This document shows positions 8,864 to 15,915 of a stretch of 18,976 nt of DNA, piece after piece (within the stretch, counting starts at the first letter, position 1; each line of letters starts with the position of its first letter). The DNA comes from a virus. Taxonomy: Duplodnaviria > Heunggongvirae > Uroviricota > Caudoviricetes. The notes under the pieces are model-generated. The model made no database searches, was not told the DNA's origin, and saw only the letters and a list, made by a program, of their open reading frames with translations. The position numbers and the translations under genes are program-made. The stretch lies in IMG/VR virus record IMGVR_UViG_3300037189_028117, positions 1 through 18,976 of that record. One strand, given 5' to 3'.

Positions 8864-9345
8864 TATTTAATCAACCAAAACCAACAAACTTAACGAAACT
8901 AAAAATACAAGAAATAGCAGAGAAATACTTTTATTCTTCTGGTTTTGGCGAAGATATAATTAAATTTGTAAATAGTATTGGTGGTTATGTACACTTTTTA
9001 CCGATAGATTACAAAATAGAACATTCTTTAATTGTTAAAAGAAAAGATAAGTTTGACATTTTCATACATGATTGTTTAGGATTAGCTAGAACAAAACATA
9101 GCATAGCCCACGAATTAGGTCATTATGTTTTACACTCTAACTTTGGAGAACAACCAATTATTGCAGAACCTTATGGCAAATCTATAATTGAATCGGAAGC
9201 AAATTGGTTCGCTATGGCATTTTTAATGCCACAAAAGGAATTTAAAGAAGAATTACTTAGACGTAATCAGAATATTGATTTAATTTGTTCATTGCATAAT
9301 TTTAAAGAACAAATAGTTAAAGCTAGAGTTGATGAAATTATATGA
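8860..9345 (+). CDS. ImmA/IrrE-family Zn metallopeptidase
   Basis: SIAHELGHYVLH (HExxH) followed by ESEANWFAMAFLMP. Confidence 0.88.
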   Translation: MIFNQPKPTNLTKLKIQEIAEKYFYSSGFGEDIIKFVNSIGGYVHFLPIDYKIEHSLIVKRKDKFDIFIHDCLGLARTKHSIAHELGHYVLHSNFGEQPIIAEPYGKSIIESEANWFAMAFLMPQKEFKEELLRRNQNIDLICSLHNFKEQIVKARVDEII

Positions 9346-9608
9346 TTTACTTTGCATATCTTGAAAAACAAGGTTATAACATATTTTGTAAAAATAATAC
9401 ATTTGTAATGCCATATTTTTCTACAAGATGGATTTCAGAATCAGAAATTGAAAATTTTATATCAAATTATTGTTATTTTGATTTAAATGAAGAAGAATTT
9501 GAATTTTTTATGGAAAAATATATAAACCAAAGCCTTCGTAAAAAAATATATAAGGCAAAAGATATTAATGAATTCCTTAGTTTTATGAAATTGACGGAAA
9601 TAATATGA
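9342..9608 (+). CDS. Hypothetical protein, ends KLTEII
   Basis: 88-aa ORF, ATGA-coupled on both sides. Confidence 0.75.
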   Translation: MIYFAYLEKQGYNIFCKNNTFVMPYFSTRWISESEIENFISNYCYFDLNEEEFEFFMEKYINQSLRKKIYKAKDINEFLSFMKLTEII

Positions 9609-9868
9609 GAAAATTAAAAAGATTATTGTTTATATTAAAAAAAAGTATTTATAATACATCACATGAACCGGGGTTAATTGGGATGATTATAGCTATGTGT
9701 ACAAATTTATTTTTAATGCTTTATATAAATAAATTATTTATATATGACTTTATATATGCTTTATTATTTATGATACATTTGACCTATTTTGTTTTTCGTA
9801 TATTTATTCCTAATTGGAAAAAATGCGCTTATGAATATGATATTGGTTTATTGAATGAAATAATATGA
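9605..9868 (+). CDS. Small membrane protein, ends LLNEII
   Basis: 87 aa with two hydrophobic stretches; ATGA-coupled on both sides. Confidence 0.7.
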   Translation: MRKLKRLLFILKKSIYNTSHEPGLIGMIIAMCTNLFLMLYINKLFIYDFIYALLFMIHLTYFVFRIFIPNWKKCAYEYDIGLLNEII

Positions 9869-10248
9869 AAAAACATAATTTAGATTTAAAAAATAAAAAA
9901 TATTCTGAAAAAACCTTAGAAAAATATATTAATTTGTTTGATGAACATGATTGGGATTATATTTCTTCAAAACAAAAATTATCTGAGAAATTTATAGAAA
10001 AACACATAAATGAAATTTGCTGGGAATGTATATCTTCATATCAAGAATTATCCGAAGGTTTTATAGAAAAAAACATAGATAATGTAGATTGGTTTTATAT
10101 TTCTGGAGATCAAAAATTATCTGAAAAGTTTATAAGAAAACATATAGATGAAATTGATATTCATAATTTAATGTATAATAAAAATATTTCAGAAGAATTT
10201 AAAAATAAAATCAAAAAAGAAATCAACTTATTAAAAGAAATTATATGA
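9865..10248 (+). CDS. 23-aa tryptophan-repeat protein (3 repeats)
   Basis: Same repeat; ends LLKEII. Confidence 0.9.
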   Translation: MKKHNLDLKNKKYSEKTLEKYINLFDEHDWDYISSKQKLSEKFIEKHINEICWECISSYQELSEGFIEKNIDNVDWFYISGDQKLSEKFIRKHIDEIDIHNLMYNKNISEEFKNKIKKEINLLKEII

Positions 10249-10603
10249 AAAAACATAATTTAAATTTAACAGGTGAAAAATATTCCGAAGAAGAATTGGA
10301 ATATACCATTAATTTATTTGAAGTTAATGATTTTAATAAAATTTCAATGTATCAAAAGCTATCTGAACAATTTATAGAAAAATATTCAGATAAAGTTTAT
10401 TGGAATTATATTTCTACTTATCAAAATTTATCTGAAGAATTTATTGAAAAGTATTCTGATAAATTAATTTGGCTCTATATTTCTAAATATCAGGTTTTAT
10501 CTGAAAACTTTATAAGAAAACACATTGGTCAAATTGATATTAATTGGTTAATGTATAATAAAAATATTTCAGAAGAATTTAAAAATAAAATCAAAAAAGA
10601 AAT
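10168..10603 (+). repeat. 56-bp exact direct repeat (10168-10223 and 10548-10603)
   Basis: TTAATGTATAATAAAAATATTTCAGAAGAATTTAAAAATAAAATCAAAAAAGAAAT occurs at both sites, 380 bp apart, in the tails of two tandem paralogues. Confidence 0.9.
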
Positions 10604-10628
10604 TAGCTTATTAAAAGAAATAATATGA
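10245..10628 (+). CDS. 23-aa tryptophan-repeat protein (3 repeats)
   Basis: Same repeat; ends LLKEII. Confidence 0.9.
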   Translation: MKKHNLNLTGEKYSEEELEYTINLFEVNDFNKISMYQKLSEQFIEKYSDKVYWNYISTYQNLSEEFIEKYSDKLIWLYISKYQVLSENFIRKHIGQIDINWLMYNKNISEEFKNKIKKEISLLKEII

Positions 10629-11197
10629 AAAACCCATTTAAACTTGAAAAACCATACGCTTTACCATCACGCTTGTTTTCAAAACAAAAAGTTGGACAAT
10701 ACACATGGGAAGATTGGGAAGATCAAATGAAAAGAGAAAAGCCTTTTTTATTCTTTTTAAATGAAACAATTCCAAAAACTTTTCGTAAAATATATAATCG
10801 TTATATTAAACCTCCAATTTATTGGATAAATTACTTCATAATAAAACATCAAAGTTGGATTCATATAAATAAAAATATAAAACTTGTGCATGATATTTAT
10901 AACTATTATTATATAATGTCTTCAAGGGAAAAAATGGAAAAATCTTTAATTGCTTCCTTTTTATCTGAAGTAAATAGAAGACTACCAAATTTAGCGTATT
11001 CTAGTTCTTCTGACAAAGAATACGATGAAATACTTAATGTATATAATTTCTTTACAAAAACTTTACCAGAAGAAATAAATAATCTTTACAATAATAAAAA
11101 CTTATCTCCGAAAGAATATAATGATATTGAAGATAAGCTAATAGAAATTCAAGACCAATATATAGAAAGATTGTTTCAAATAAGAAAAATATTATGA
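10625..11197 (+). CDS. Hypothetical protein
   Basis: 190-aa ORF, ATGA-coupled on both sides. Confidence 0.8.
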   Translation: MKNPFKLEKPYALPSRLFSKQKVGQYTWEDWEDQMKREKPFLFFLNETIPKTFRKIYNRYIKPPIYWINYFIIKHQSWIHINKNIKLVHDIYNYYYIMSSREKMEKSLIASFLSEVNRRLPNLAYSSSSDKEYDEILNVYNFFTKTLPEEINNLYNNKNLSPKEYNDIEDKLIEIQDQYIERLFQIRKIL

Positions 11198-11856
11198 AAA
11201 TAGCAGTTATTTCAGATTTGCATATAGGTCACTGTGATGAAACTCATCAGTTAAAACACTCTGATCATGAGTTTTCTAATTTCCTATTTTATTTGGAATC
11301 AAATTATGATAAGGTAATACTTTTAGGAGATATTTTTGAAATTGAAATGGAATTATTCCATTCCGAAGAAAAAACATATGATTTATGTAAACAAAATCAC
11401 AATTTAATTACAAAAAGATTTAACTCAAACAAATACTCTTATATATATGGAAATCATGATTTAATAGGAAAAAAATTTGGCGGAATTGAAAGTTTAATTA
11501 TAAATTACAATAATTTAAATATAAAGTTCATTCATGGACATCAATTCGATAAACTTTATACAAAATTTAATAGATTTCTATTTCTTGGTGGAGTTTTATT
11601 AAAGTTAAATTTAAAAGATGCTTATAATAAAATAAGCGGCATAGATCTGCATAATAAAGACTTTATCAATGAAGCTATTGATTATGCTAAGAATAATAGT
11701 TATGACGTTATTGTTACAGGTCATACTCATAATCCATGTGTCTTATATCAAGATAATGTTGTTTTTTTAAATAGCGGATCATGCGTTGAAAACATAACAT
11801 ATTTACATATGGATTTAGATAAGAAAGAATATTTAATTAAAGGATTTGAAGATTAA
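11194..11856 (+). CDS. Metallophosphoesterase, LpxH/UDP-2,3-diacylglucosamine diphosphatase-like
   Basis: ISDLHIG, LLGDIFE, GNHD, HGHQFD, GHTH, NSGS. Confidence 0.8.
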   Translation: MKIAVISDLHIGHCDETHQLKHSDHEFSNFLFYLESNYDKVILLGDIFEIEMELFHSEEKTYDLCKQNHNLITKRFNSNKYSYIYGNHDLIGKKFGGIESLIINYNNLNIKFIHGHQFDKLYTKFNRFLFLGGVLLKLNLKDAYNKISGIDLHNKDFINEAIDYAKNNSYDVIVTGHTHNPCVLYQDNVVFLNSGSCVENITYLHMDLDKKEYLIKGFED

Positions 11857-11857
11857 T

Positions 11858-12898
11858 ATGAAAATACTATATGCTATAGCTGGTGAAGGAATGGGGCATG
11901 CTGTTAGATCAAGCGTAATAATTGATCATCTCATTTCTAAAAATCACGATGTTCACATAATTTCATCAGGAAAGCCTTTTGATTTTTTAAATTCAAAATA
12001 TAATAATTGTTCAAAAATAACCGGATTAACAATATCTTATAAAGAAAATAAAATAGATAAATTCAAAACAATATTAAATAATTTAAAATCTTCAAAAGAT
12101 ATAATTAAAAATATAAAAACAATAAATAAAACATTCAAAAATGTAAAACCAAAGTTGGTTATAACTGATTTTGAATCATCCGCTTGTTATTACGCAAAAA
12201 TATTTAAAATACCAGTTATATCTATTGATAATATTCAATCAATTAATAGATGTAAAGTTGATAAAAAATTAAAAAATAAAAATTATAAAATCGCAAAATC
12301 TTTAACAAAAGCTAGAACTCCAGGTTGTCAAAAATATTTAATTACTTCTTTTTTTGAAAATAAAATAATTAAAAAAGACACAAATGTTTATAATCCAATT
12401 ATAAGAAAACAAATTATAAATAAAAAACCAGAATATTTAGATCATATACTTGTTTATAACACTTCAGATTTACCTTCTGATTTAATAAAAAAACTAAATA
12501 AAACAAATGAAAATTACATTATTTATCAAAGAAATTGCGAAAAAGAAAATAAAGTAAATAATTTATTATTTAAACCATTTAATGAAATTTCATTTATTAA
12601 AGATTTATCAGAATGTAAAGCCGTAATTTGTGGCGGTGGATTTACTGTTATTTCAGAATCTTTATATTTAAAGAAGCCAATACTTTCAATTCCTATAAAA
12701 GATCATTTTGAACAGGAAATGAATGCTTTCTATGTTGAAAAACTTGGGTATGGAATGTATTGTGAATTAAACGATGTAAACATAAATAAGTTCTTAAAAA
12801 GGTTATCTTTTTATAAGGACAATTTAAAAGATTACAAACATGATAATAATGAAAAAATATTAAAAAATATAAATTCTATTATAGAAAGCATTAAATGA
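11858..12898 (+). CDS. GT-B glycosyltransferase, MJ1255/VC2487-like
   Basis: MKILYAIAGEGMGHAVRS, ITDFE, IDN, GGFT..SESLYLKKP, HFEQEMNA. Start set at ATG 11858 rather than TTG 11846. Confidence 0.85.
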   Translation: MKILYAIAGEGMGHAVRSSVIIDHLISKNHDVHIISSGKPFDFLNSKYNNCSKITGLTISYKENKIDKFKTILNNLKSSKDIIKNIKTINKTFKNVKPKLVITDFESSACYYAKIFKIPVISIDNIQSINRCKVDKKLKNKNYKIAKSLTKARTPGCQKYLITSFFENKIIKKDTNVYNPIIRKQIINKKPEYLDHILVYNTSDLPSDLIKKLNKTNENYIIYQRNCEKENKVNNLLFKPFNEISFIKDLSECKAVICGGGFTVISESLYLKKPILSIPIKDHFEQEMNAFYVEKLGYGMYCELNDVNINKFLKRLSFYKDNLKDYKHDNNEKILKNINSIIESIK

Positions 12899-12969
12899 TA
12901 CTTTGGTTTATAATCTTATTCATAGTTATTTTTATATTTTTTGGAACCATTCGTTCGGTTAAAAGATAA
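12895..12969 (+). CDS. Putative single-TM micropeptide (24 aa)
   Basis: MILWFIILFIVIFIFFGTIRSVKR; ATGA-coupled to the glycosyltransferase. Confidence 0.45.
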   Translation: MILWFIILFIVIFIFFGTIRSVKR

Positions 12970-12971
12970 GC

Positions 12972-13000
12972 TTGACTAATCTTTCCGGTGGGTGTACTGT
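12972..13000 (+). promoter_or_regulatory. sigma70-type promoter of the helicase gene
   Basis: TTGACT (12972-12977), 17 nt, TACTGT (12995-13000), intergenic, 30 nt before ATG 13031. Confidence 0.7.
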
Positions 13001-13024
13001 TCACGTTCCACCTACCGAGGAAAG
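12981..13024. repeat. GC-rich inverted repeat around the -10 box
   Basis: CTTTCCGGTGGGTG (12981-12994) pairs with CACCTACC-GA-GGAAAG (13009-13024), with one G-T mismatch and a 2-nt bulge. Confidence 0.7.
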
Positions 13025-13030
13025 GTATTT

Positions 13031-14581
13031 ATGCGAAAGTTTTATAAAAAACCAACTTATACAAAGCAAGAAAGATTCACTCCCGCTAATGGATGGAATG
13101 AACAATTCTTAAATGTTTTTGATTTTGTAACCAATAATTCTGGCAATGGTGCAATTGAAGCTGTTGCTGGTGGTGGAAAAACCACTGCGCTTGTTGAATC
13201 TATTATTAGATGGAGCGAAGTTAATCCAAGAAAAACGGCAGTTTTTATTGCTTTCAATGTTTCTGTAAAAGAAGAAGCGGCAAAACGTCTTGCTGGTTAT
13301 CCAGTTGATGTTATTACTTGTCATGGTCTTGGCTTTAAAGCCATTACAAATTATTACAAAGAAAAGTTTGATGTTCAAGGCCCAACTGGCGAATATATGC
13401 AAAAGCTTGCTCAAAACGAATTTGGTTATGAACAAGAATCTTTTGATGATCGTTGTGCTTTGCTTGAATTGGTTTCAAAAGCAAAGGCATCTCTTTCTTC
13501 TACAGATGAAGAACTTCATAAGATTGTAACAGATTTTGGAATAGAGTTTGTTCATGTATCTAAAGATAAGCTTGTATCAACTGCTAAAAAATTACTTCAT
13601 TATACCCAGTATAATTTTGGATCTAATTTTGGAAAGAAAATTATTACATTTGATGACCAAATTTGGTTACCAATTGTAAATAAATTGGATGTTCCACAAT
13701 ATGATGCAGTTTTTGTTGATGAAGCTCAGGATTTATCAAAAGCAAGACAAACTTTAGTTAAGTTGGCCATGAAGAAAGATTCAAGAATTTTCTTGGTTGG
13801 AGATAAGTTTCAAGCAATTTATCAATTCAGCATGGCCGATTCTAATTCATTAGATAATATGATTGAACAACATAATTGCACAAGATTACCTTTAAGTGTA
13901 ACTTGGCGTTGCGGAAATAAGATTGTTGAATCTGCTCAAAAATTTAATCCCGATATTATCGCTGCTCCTAATGCTATTGATGGGGAAATAAATTCAATTG
14001 AAGAAAACTCTTTAATTGATGAAATTAAGTATGGTGATGTCCTCCTAAGTAGGACAAACGCTCCTATTGTAAGATGGTTTTTTAAATTGGCCAAGATAAA
14101 CAAGAAAGCAAAAATCCTTGGAAAAGATTATGGTTCAATGCTTGCCATGAGAATTAAGAAGTGGGAATCTGAACACACCAAAAATGGATATTCTTTTTCT
14201 GCCAATGATATTTTAGAATACAATGAAGATTGGTATTCGGCAATTTCCGAAAAGAGTAAGAAGCCAAGCACAAGGCAAAAGGACGAATATGAAACCATTA
14301 AAGTAATGGTTGAGTTGATTGGTTCTGATTTGGATAGTTATCAGTCCGTAAAAGATGTTTTGAACATCTGTTATAGTTTTTCTTCGGATGAATCTAAAGG
14401 CTTACCTGATAAGGATTGTGTTGTACTTAGTACAATTCATAAATTTAAAGGTTGTGAAAGGGATAGAGTTTTTGTAATTAAAAAAACTTTATCAGAAGAA
14501 TCTGAAGAGGAAAGAAATCTTTGTTATGTAGCTATTACAAGAGCAAAGAAAAACCTAGTTTGGATTGAAAAAGGTGAATAA
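13031..14581 (+). CDS. SF1A UvrD/Rep-like helicase
   Basis: AVAGGGKTT, VDEAQD, GDKFQAIY, TWRC, STIHKFKGCE, YVAITRAK. Start set at ATG 13031 after GAGGAAAGG. Confidence 0.92.
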   Translation: MRKFYKKPTYTKQERFTPANGWNEQFLNVFDFVTNNSGNGAIEAVAGGGKTTALVESIIRWSEVNPRKTAVFIAFNVSVKEEAAKRLAGYPVDVITCHGLGFKAITNYYKEKFDVQGPTGEYMQKLAQNEFGYEQESFDDRCALLELVSKAKASLSSTDEELHKIVTDFGIEFVHVSKDKLVSTAKKLLHYTQYNFGSNFGKKIITFDDQIWLPIVNKLDVPQYDAVFVDEAQDLSKARQTLVKLAMKKDSRIFLVGDKFQAIYQFSMADSNSLDNMIEQHNCTRLPLSVTWRCGNKIVESAQKFNPDIIAAPNAIDGEINSIEENSLIDEIKYGDVLLSRTNAPIVRWFFKLAKINKKAKILGKDYGSMLAMRIKKWESEHTKNGYSFSANDILEYNEDWYSAISEKSKKPSTRQKDEYETIKVMVELIGSDLDSYQSVKDVLNICYSFSSDESKGLPDKDCVVLSTIHKFKGCERDRVFVIKKTLSEESEEERNLCYVAITRAKKNLVWIEKGE

Positions 14582-14593
14582 TATTATATAACT

Positions 14594-14824
14594 TTGGAGA
14601 TTTTGATGAAAACAGAAAAGCAAAAAACAGCAGAAAAAGTAAAAAACTTTGGTACATTTTTGGGAACATTATGGGTTGATAAGTTTGGCCCAGTTGATTT
14701 TTTTGAATATAAAGATGTTACATGGGGTTTATATAAGCAAGATGCGTTTTTTGCAAATCAACTTGGTGACTTTTATATTAAGAGCAATGGAATCTCAAAA
14801 GAAATTGAGTATATAGACAACTGA
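14594..14824 (+). CDS. Hypothetical protein
   Basis: 76-aa ORF; start is TTG 14594 or ATG 14606 (GGAG upstream of the latter). Confidence 0.7.
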   Translation: MEILMKTEKQKTAEKVKNFGTFLGTLWVDKFGPVDFFEYKDVTWGLYKQDAFFANQLGDFYIKSNGISKEIEYIDN

Positions 14825-14845
14825 AATGTTTCTGAAACGTAACGG

Positions 14846-14874
14846 TTGACGGGCCGGCTTGGACGTGGTATAAG
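14846..14874 (+). promoter_or_regulatory. sigma70-type promoter with extended -10
   Basis: TTGACG (14846-14851), 17 nt, TATAAG (14869-14874) preceded by TGG; intergenic, upstream of ATG 14896. Confidence 0.7.
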
Positions 14875-14895
14875 AGTTGTAGAAAGTGAGGCATT

Positions 14896-15447
14896 ATGAA
14901 TGGTAAGTATTTATTTTTAATTTTGTGTTGTTTAGGTTGTAGCGAAACTTTTGTTGTTGCTGGTGAAGGTGGAGATACATCAACTGATACTGGTGGTACA
15001 GATAATACTGGCGGTGATATTGGAACCGGGGGTTTTAATTCTTCTGGAGGTTCATTACAAACCGGAGGAGTATTAAATACAGGTGGCTTTATAAGCACTG
15101 GCGGTACAGATAATACTGGCGGTGATATTGGAACCGGAGGTTCCGGAAACCAATGTTCAATAGCAGAACAACAAGTTAATTGTGCTCTTAATCCTTTACC
15201 AAGTACAGCATTATGCCAAGATAAATATCTTGTTAGTTGTGGTGCAACTAACAACATTCTTAAGTTAAGTGTTATTTTTAATGATTCTAATGACCTTGAT
15301 GTTACTTGTATCCTCGCAAGTGAAAACAGTTATTGTTGCCAAGGAAATAGCAACGAAAATCCTTTTGATTACATGAAAAATCATTTAGAATCAGGTATTT
15401 GCTCTTGGAAGGATAGATCTGGGATCAATCTTATTGAAACAAACTAA
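14896..15447 (+). CDS. Putative lipoprotein with Gly/Thr-rich TGG-repeat linker and Cys-rich C-terminal domain
   Basis: Short signal MNGKYLFLILCCLG-C15, repeated TGG tripeptides, eight Cys after the linker. Confidence 0.75.
   Translation: MNGKYLFLILCCLGCSETFVVAGEGGDTSTDTGGTDNTGGDIGTGGFNSSGGSLQTGGVLNTGGFISTGGTDNTGGDIGTGGSGNQCSIAEQQVNCALNPLPSTALCQDKYLVSCGATNNILKLSVIFNDSNDLDVTCILASENSYCCQGNSNENPFDYMKNHLESGICSWKDRSGINLIETN
14989..15137 (+). repeat. 41-bp intragenic direct repeat (14989-15029 and 15097-15137)
   Basis: ACTGG(T/C)GGTACAGATAATACTGGCGGTGATATTGGAACCGG, one mismatch, 108 bp apart; encodes TGGTDNTGGDIGTG twice. Confidence 0.9.
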
Positions 15448-15464
15448 TTTTCAGCCATATTTAT

Positions 15465-15599
15465 ATGGCACAAAAGCATGATTATTATCACAAATGTCGA
15501 TGCAAAGATTGCATAAATTTTGAAATTATATTGACAAGCAGAATAAATTCAGAAAAAGAAGAATGCAAAATTTCAATAAAGAAAAATTATCAGAGTTAA
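15465..15599 (+). CDS. Possible small Cys-motif peptide (44 aa)
   Basis: MAQKHDYYHKCRCKDC...; not in the ORF track; no clear SD; overlaps the next ORF by 37 nt. Confidence 0.3.
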   Translation: MAQKHDYYHKCRCKDCINFEIILTSRINSEKEECKISIKKNYQS

Positions 15600-15775
15600 A
15601 AGAAAAAATATTATCCGAAACAAACGGAAAAAATATAAAAATAGAAGATTTAATATCATTAATTGATGTTTCAGAAAAATTTATTTTATATTGTGTCAAC
15701 AATAATTTATTATCAGAATTTTATTTTGATAAAGAAACAAAATCATTTTCAAGAAAGTTGAGATTGCTCAAATGA
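15563..15775 (+). CDS. Hypothetical protein
   Basis: 70-aa ORF. Confidence 0.6.
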   Translation: MQNFNKEKLSELKEKILSETNGKNIKIEDLISLIDVSEKFILYCVNNNLLSEFYFDKETKSFSRKLRLLK

Positions 15776-15900
15776 CATTTATTACAGTAATTTTAATAAT
15801 TAATTGTTCTAATTTAACTTGTGAAAATGATTTGTTTAAAACTACAAAAACAGAAGACTTTGCGTTGAAAATAAATTCAACGGAAGATAATTATAATTAA
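15772..15900 (+). CDS. Small hypothetical protein (42 aa)
   Basis: MTFITVILIINCSNLTCENDLF...; ATGA-coupled; hydrophobic N-terminus; not in the ORF track. Confidence 0.45.
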   Translation: MTFITVILIINCSNLTCENDLFKTTKTEDFALKINSTEDNYN

Positions 15901-15915
15901 GAAAGGTAATTAAAT

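Noticed and set aside
9053-9082. TTGACA-18-TAGGAT as a promoter
   Set aside because: Non-optimal spacing, mid-gene position and weaker -10; plausible by chance at this AT content.
4695-10628. 69-bp periodic repeats as a CRISPR array
   Set aside because: The repeats are in-frame coding units with synonymous variation, have no unique spacers of constant length, and no cas genes are present.
2542-10628. Diversity-generating retroelement behind the variable repeat positions
   Set aside because: No reverse transcriptase and no non-coding template/variable repeat pair differing only at adenines is visible; changes involve all four bases. An RT outside the window cannot be excluded.
1642-14900. 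Minus-strand ORFs 1642-1869, 1988-2248, 6125-6307, 8620-8874, 13057-13257 and 13109-13435
   Set aside because: They are antisense shadows of well-supported + strand genes, with no recognisable motifs.
14778-15257. Minus-strand Pro-rich 159-aa ORF (PPV repeats)
   Set aside because: It is the mirror of the GGN-rich codons of the + strand lipoprotein, which has a promoter, SD and signal peptide.
15458-15465. T4-type late promoter TATAAATA on the minus strand
   Set aside because: Single AT-only 8-mer with no minus-strand gene to drive.
15531-15560. TTGACA at 15531-15536 as a -35 box
   Set aside because: No -10-like hexamer at 16-18 nt spacing.
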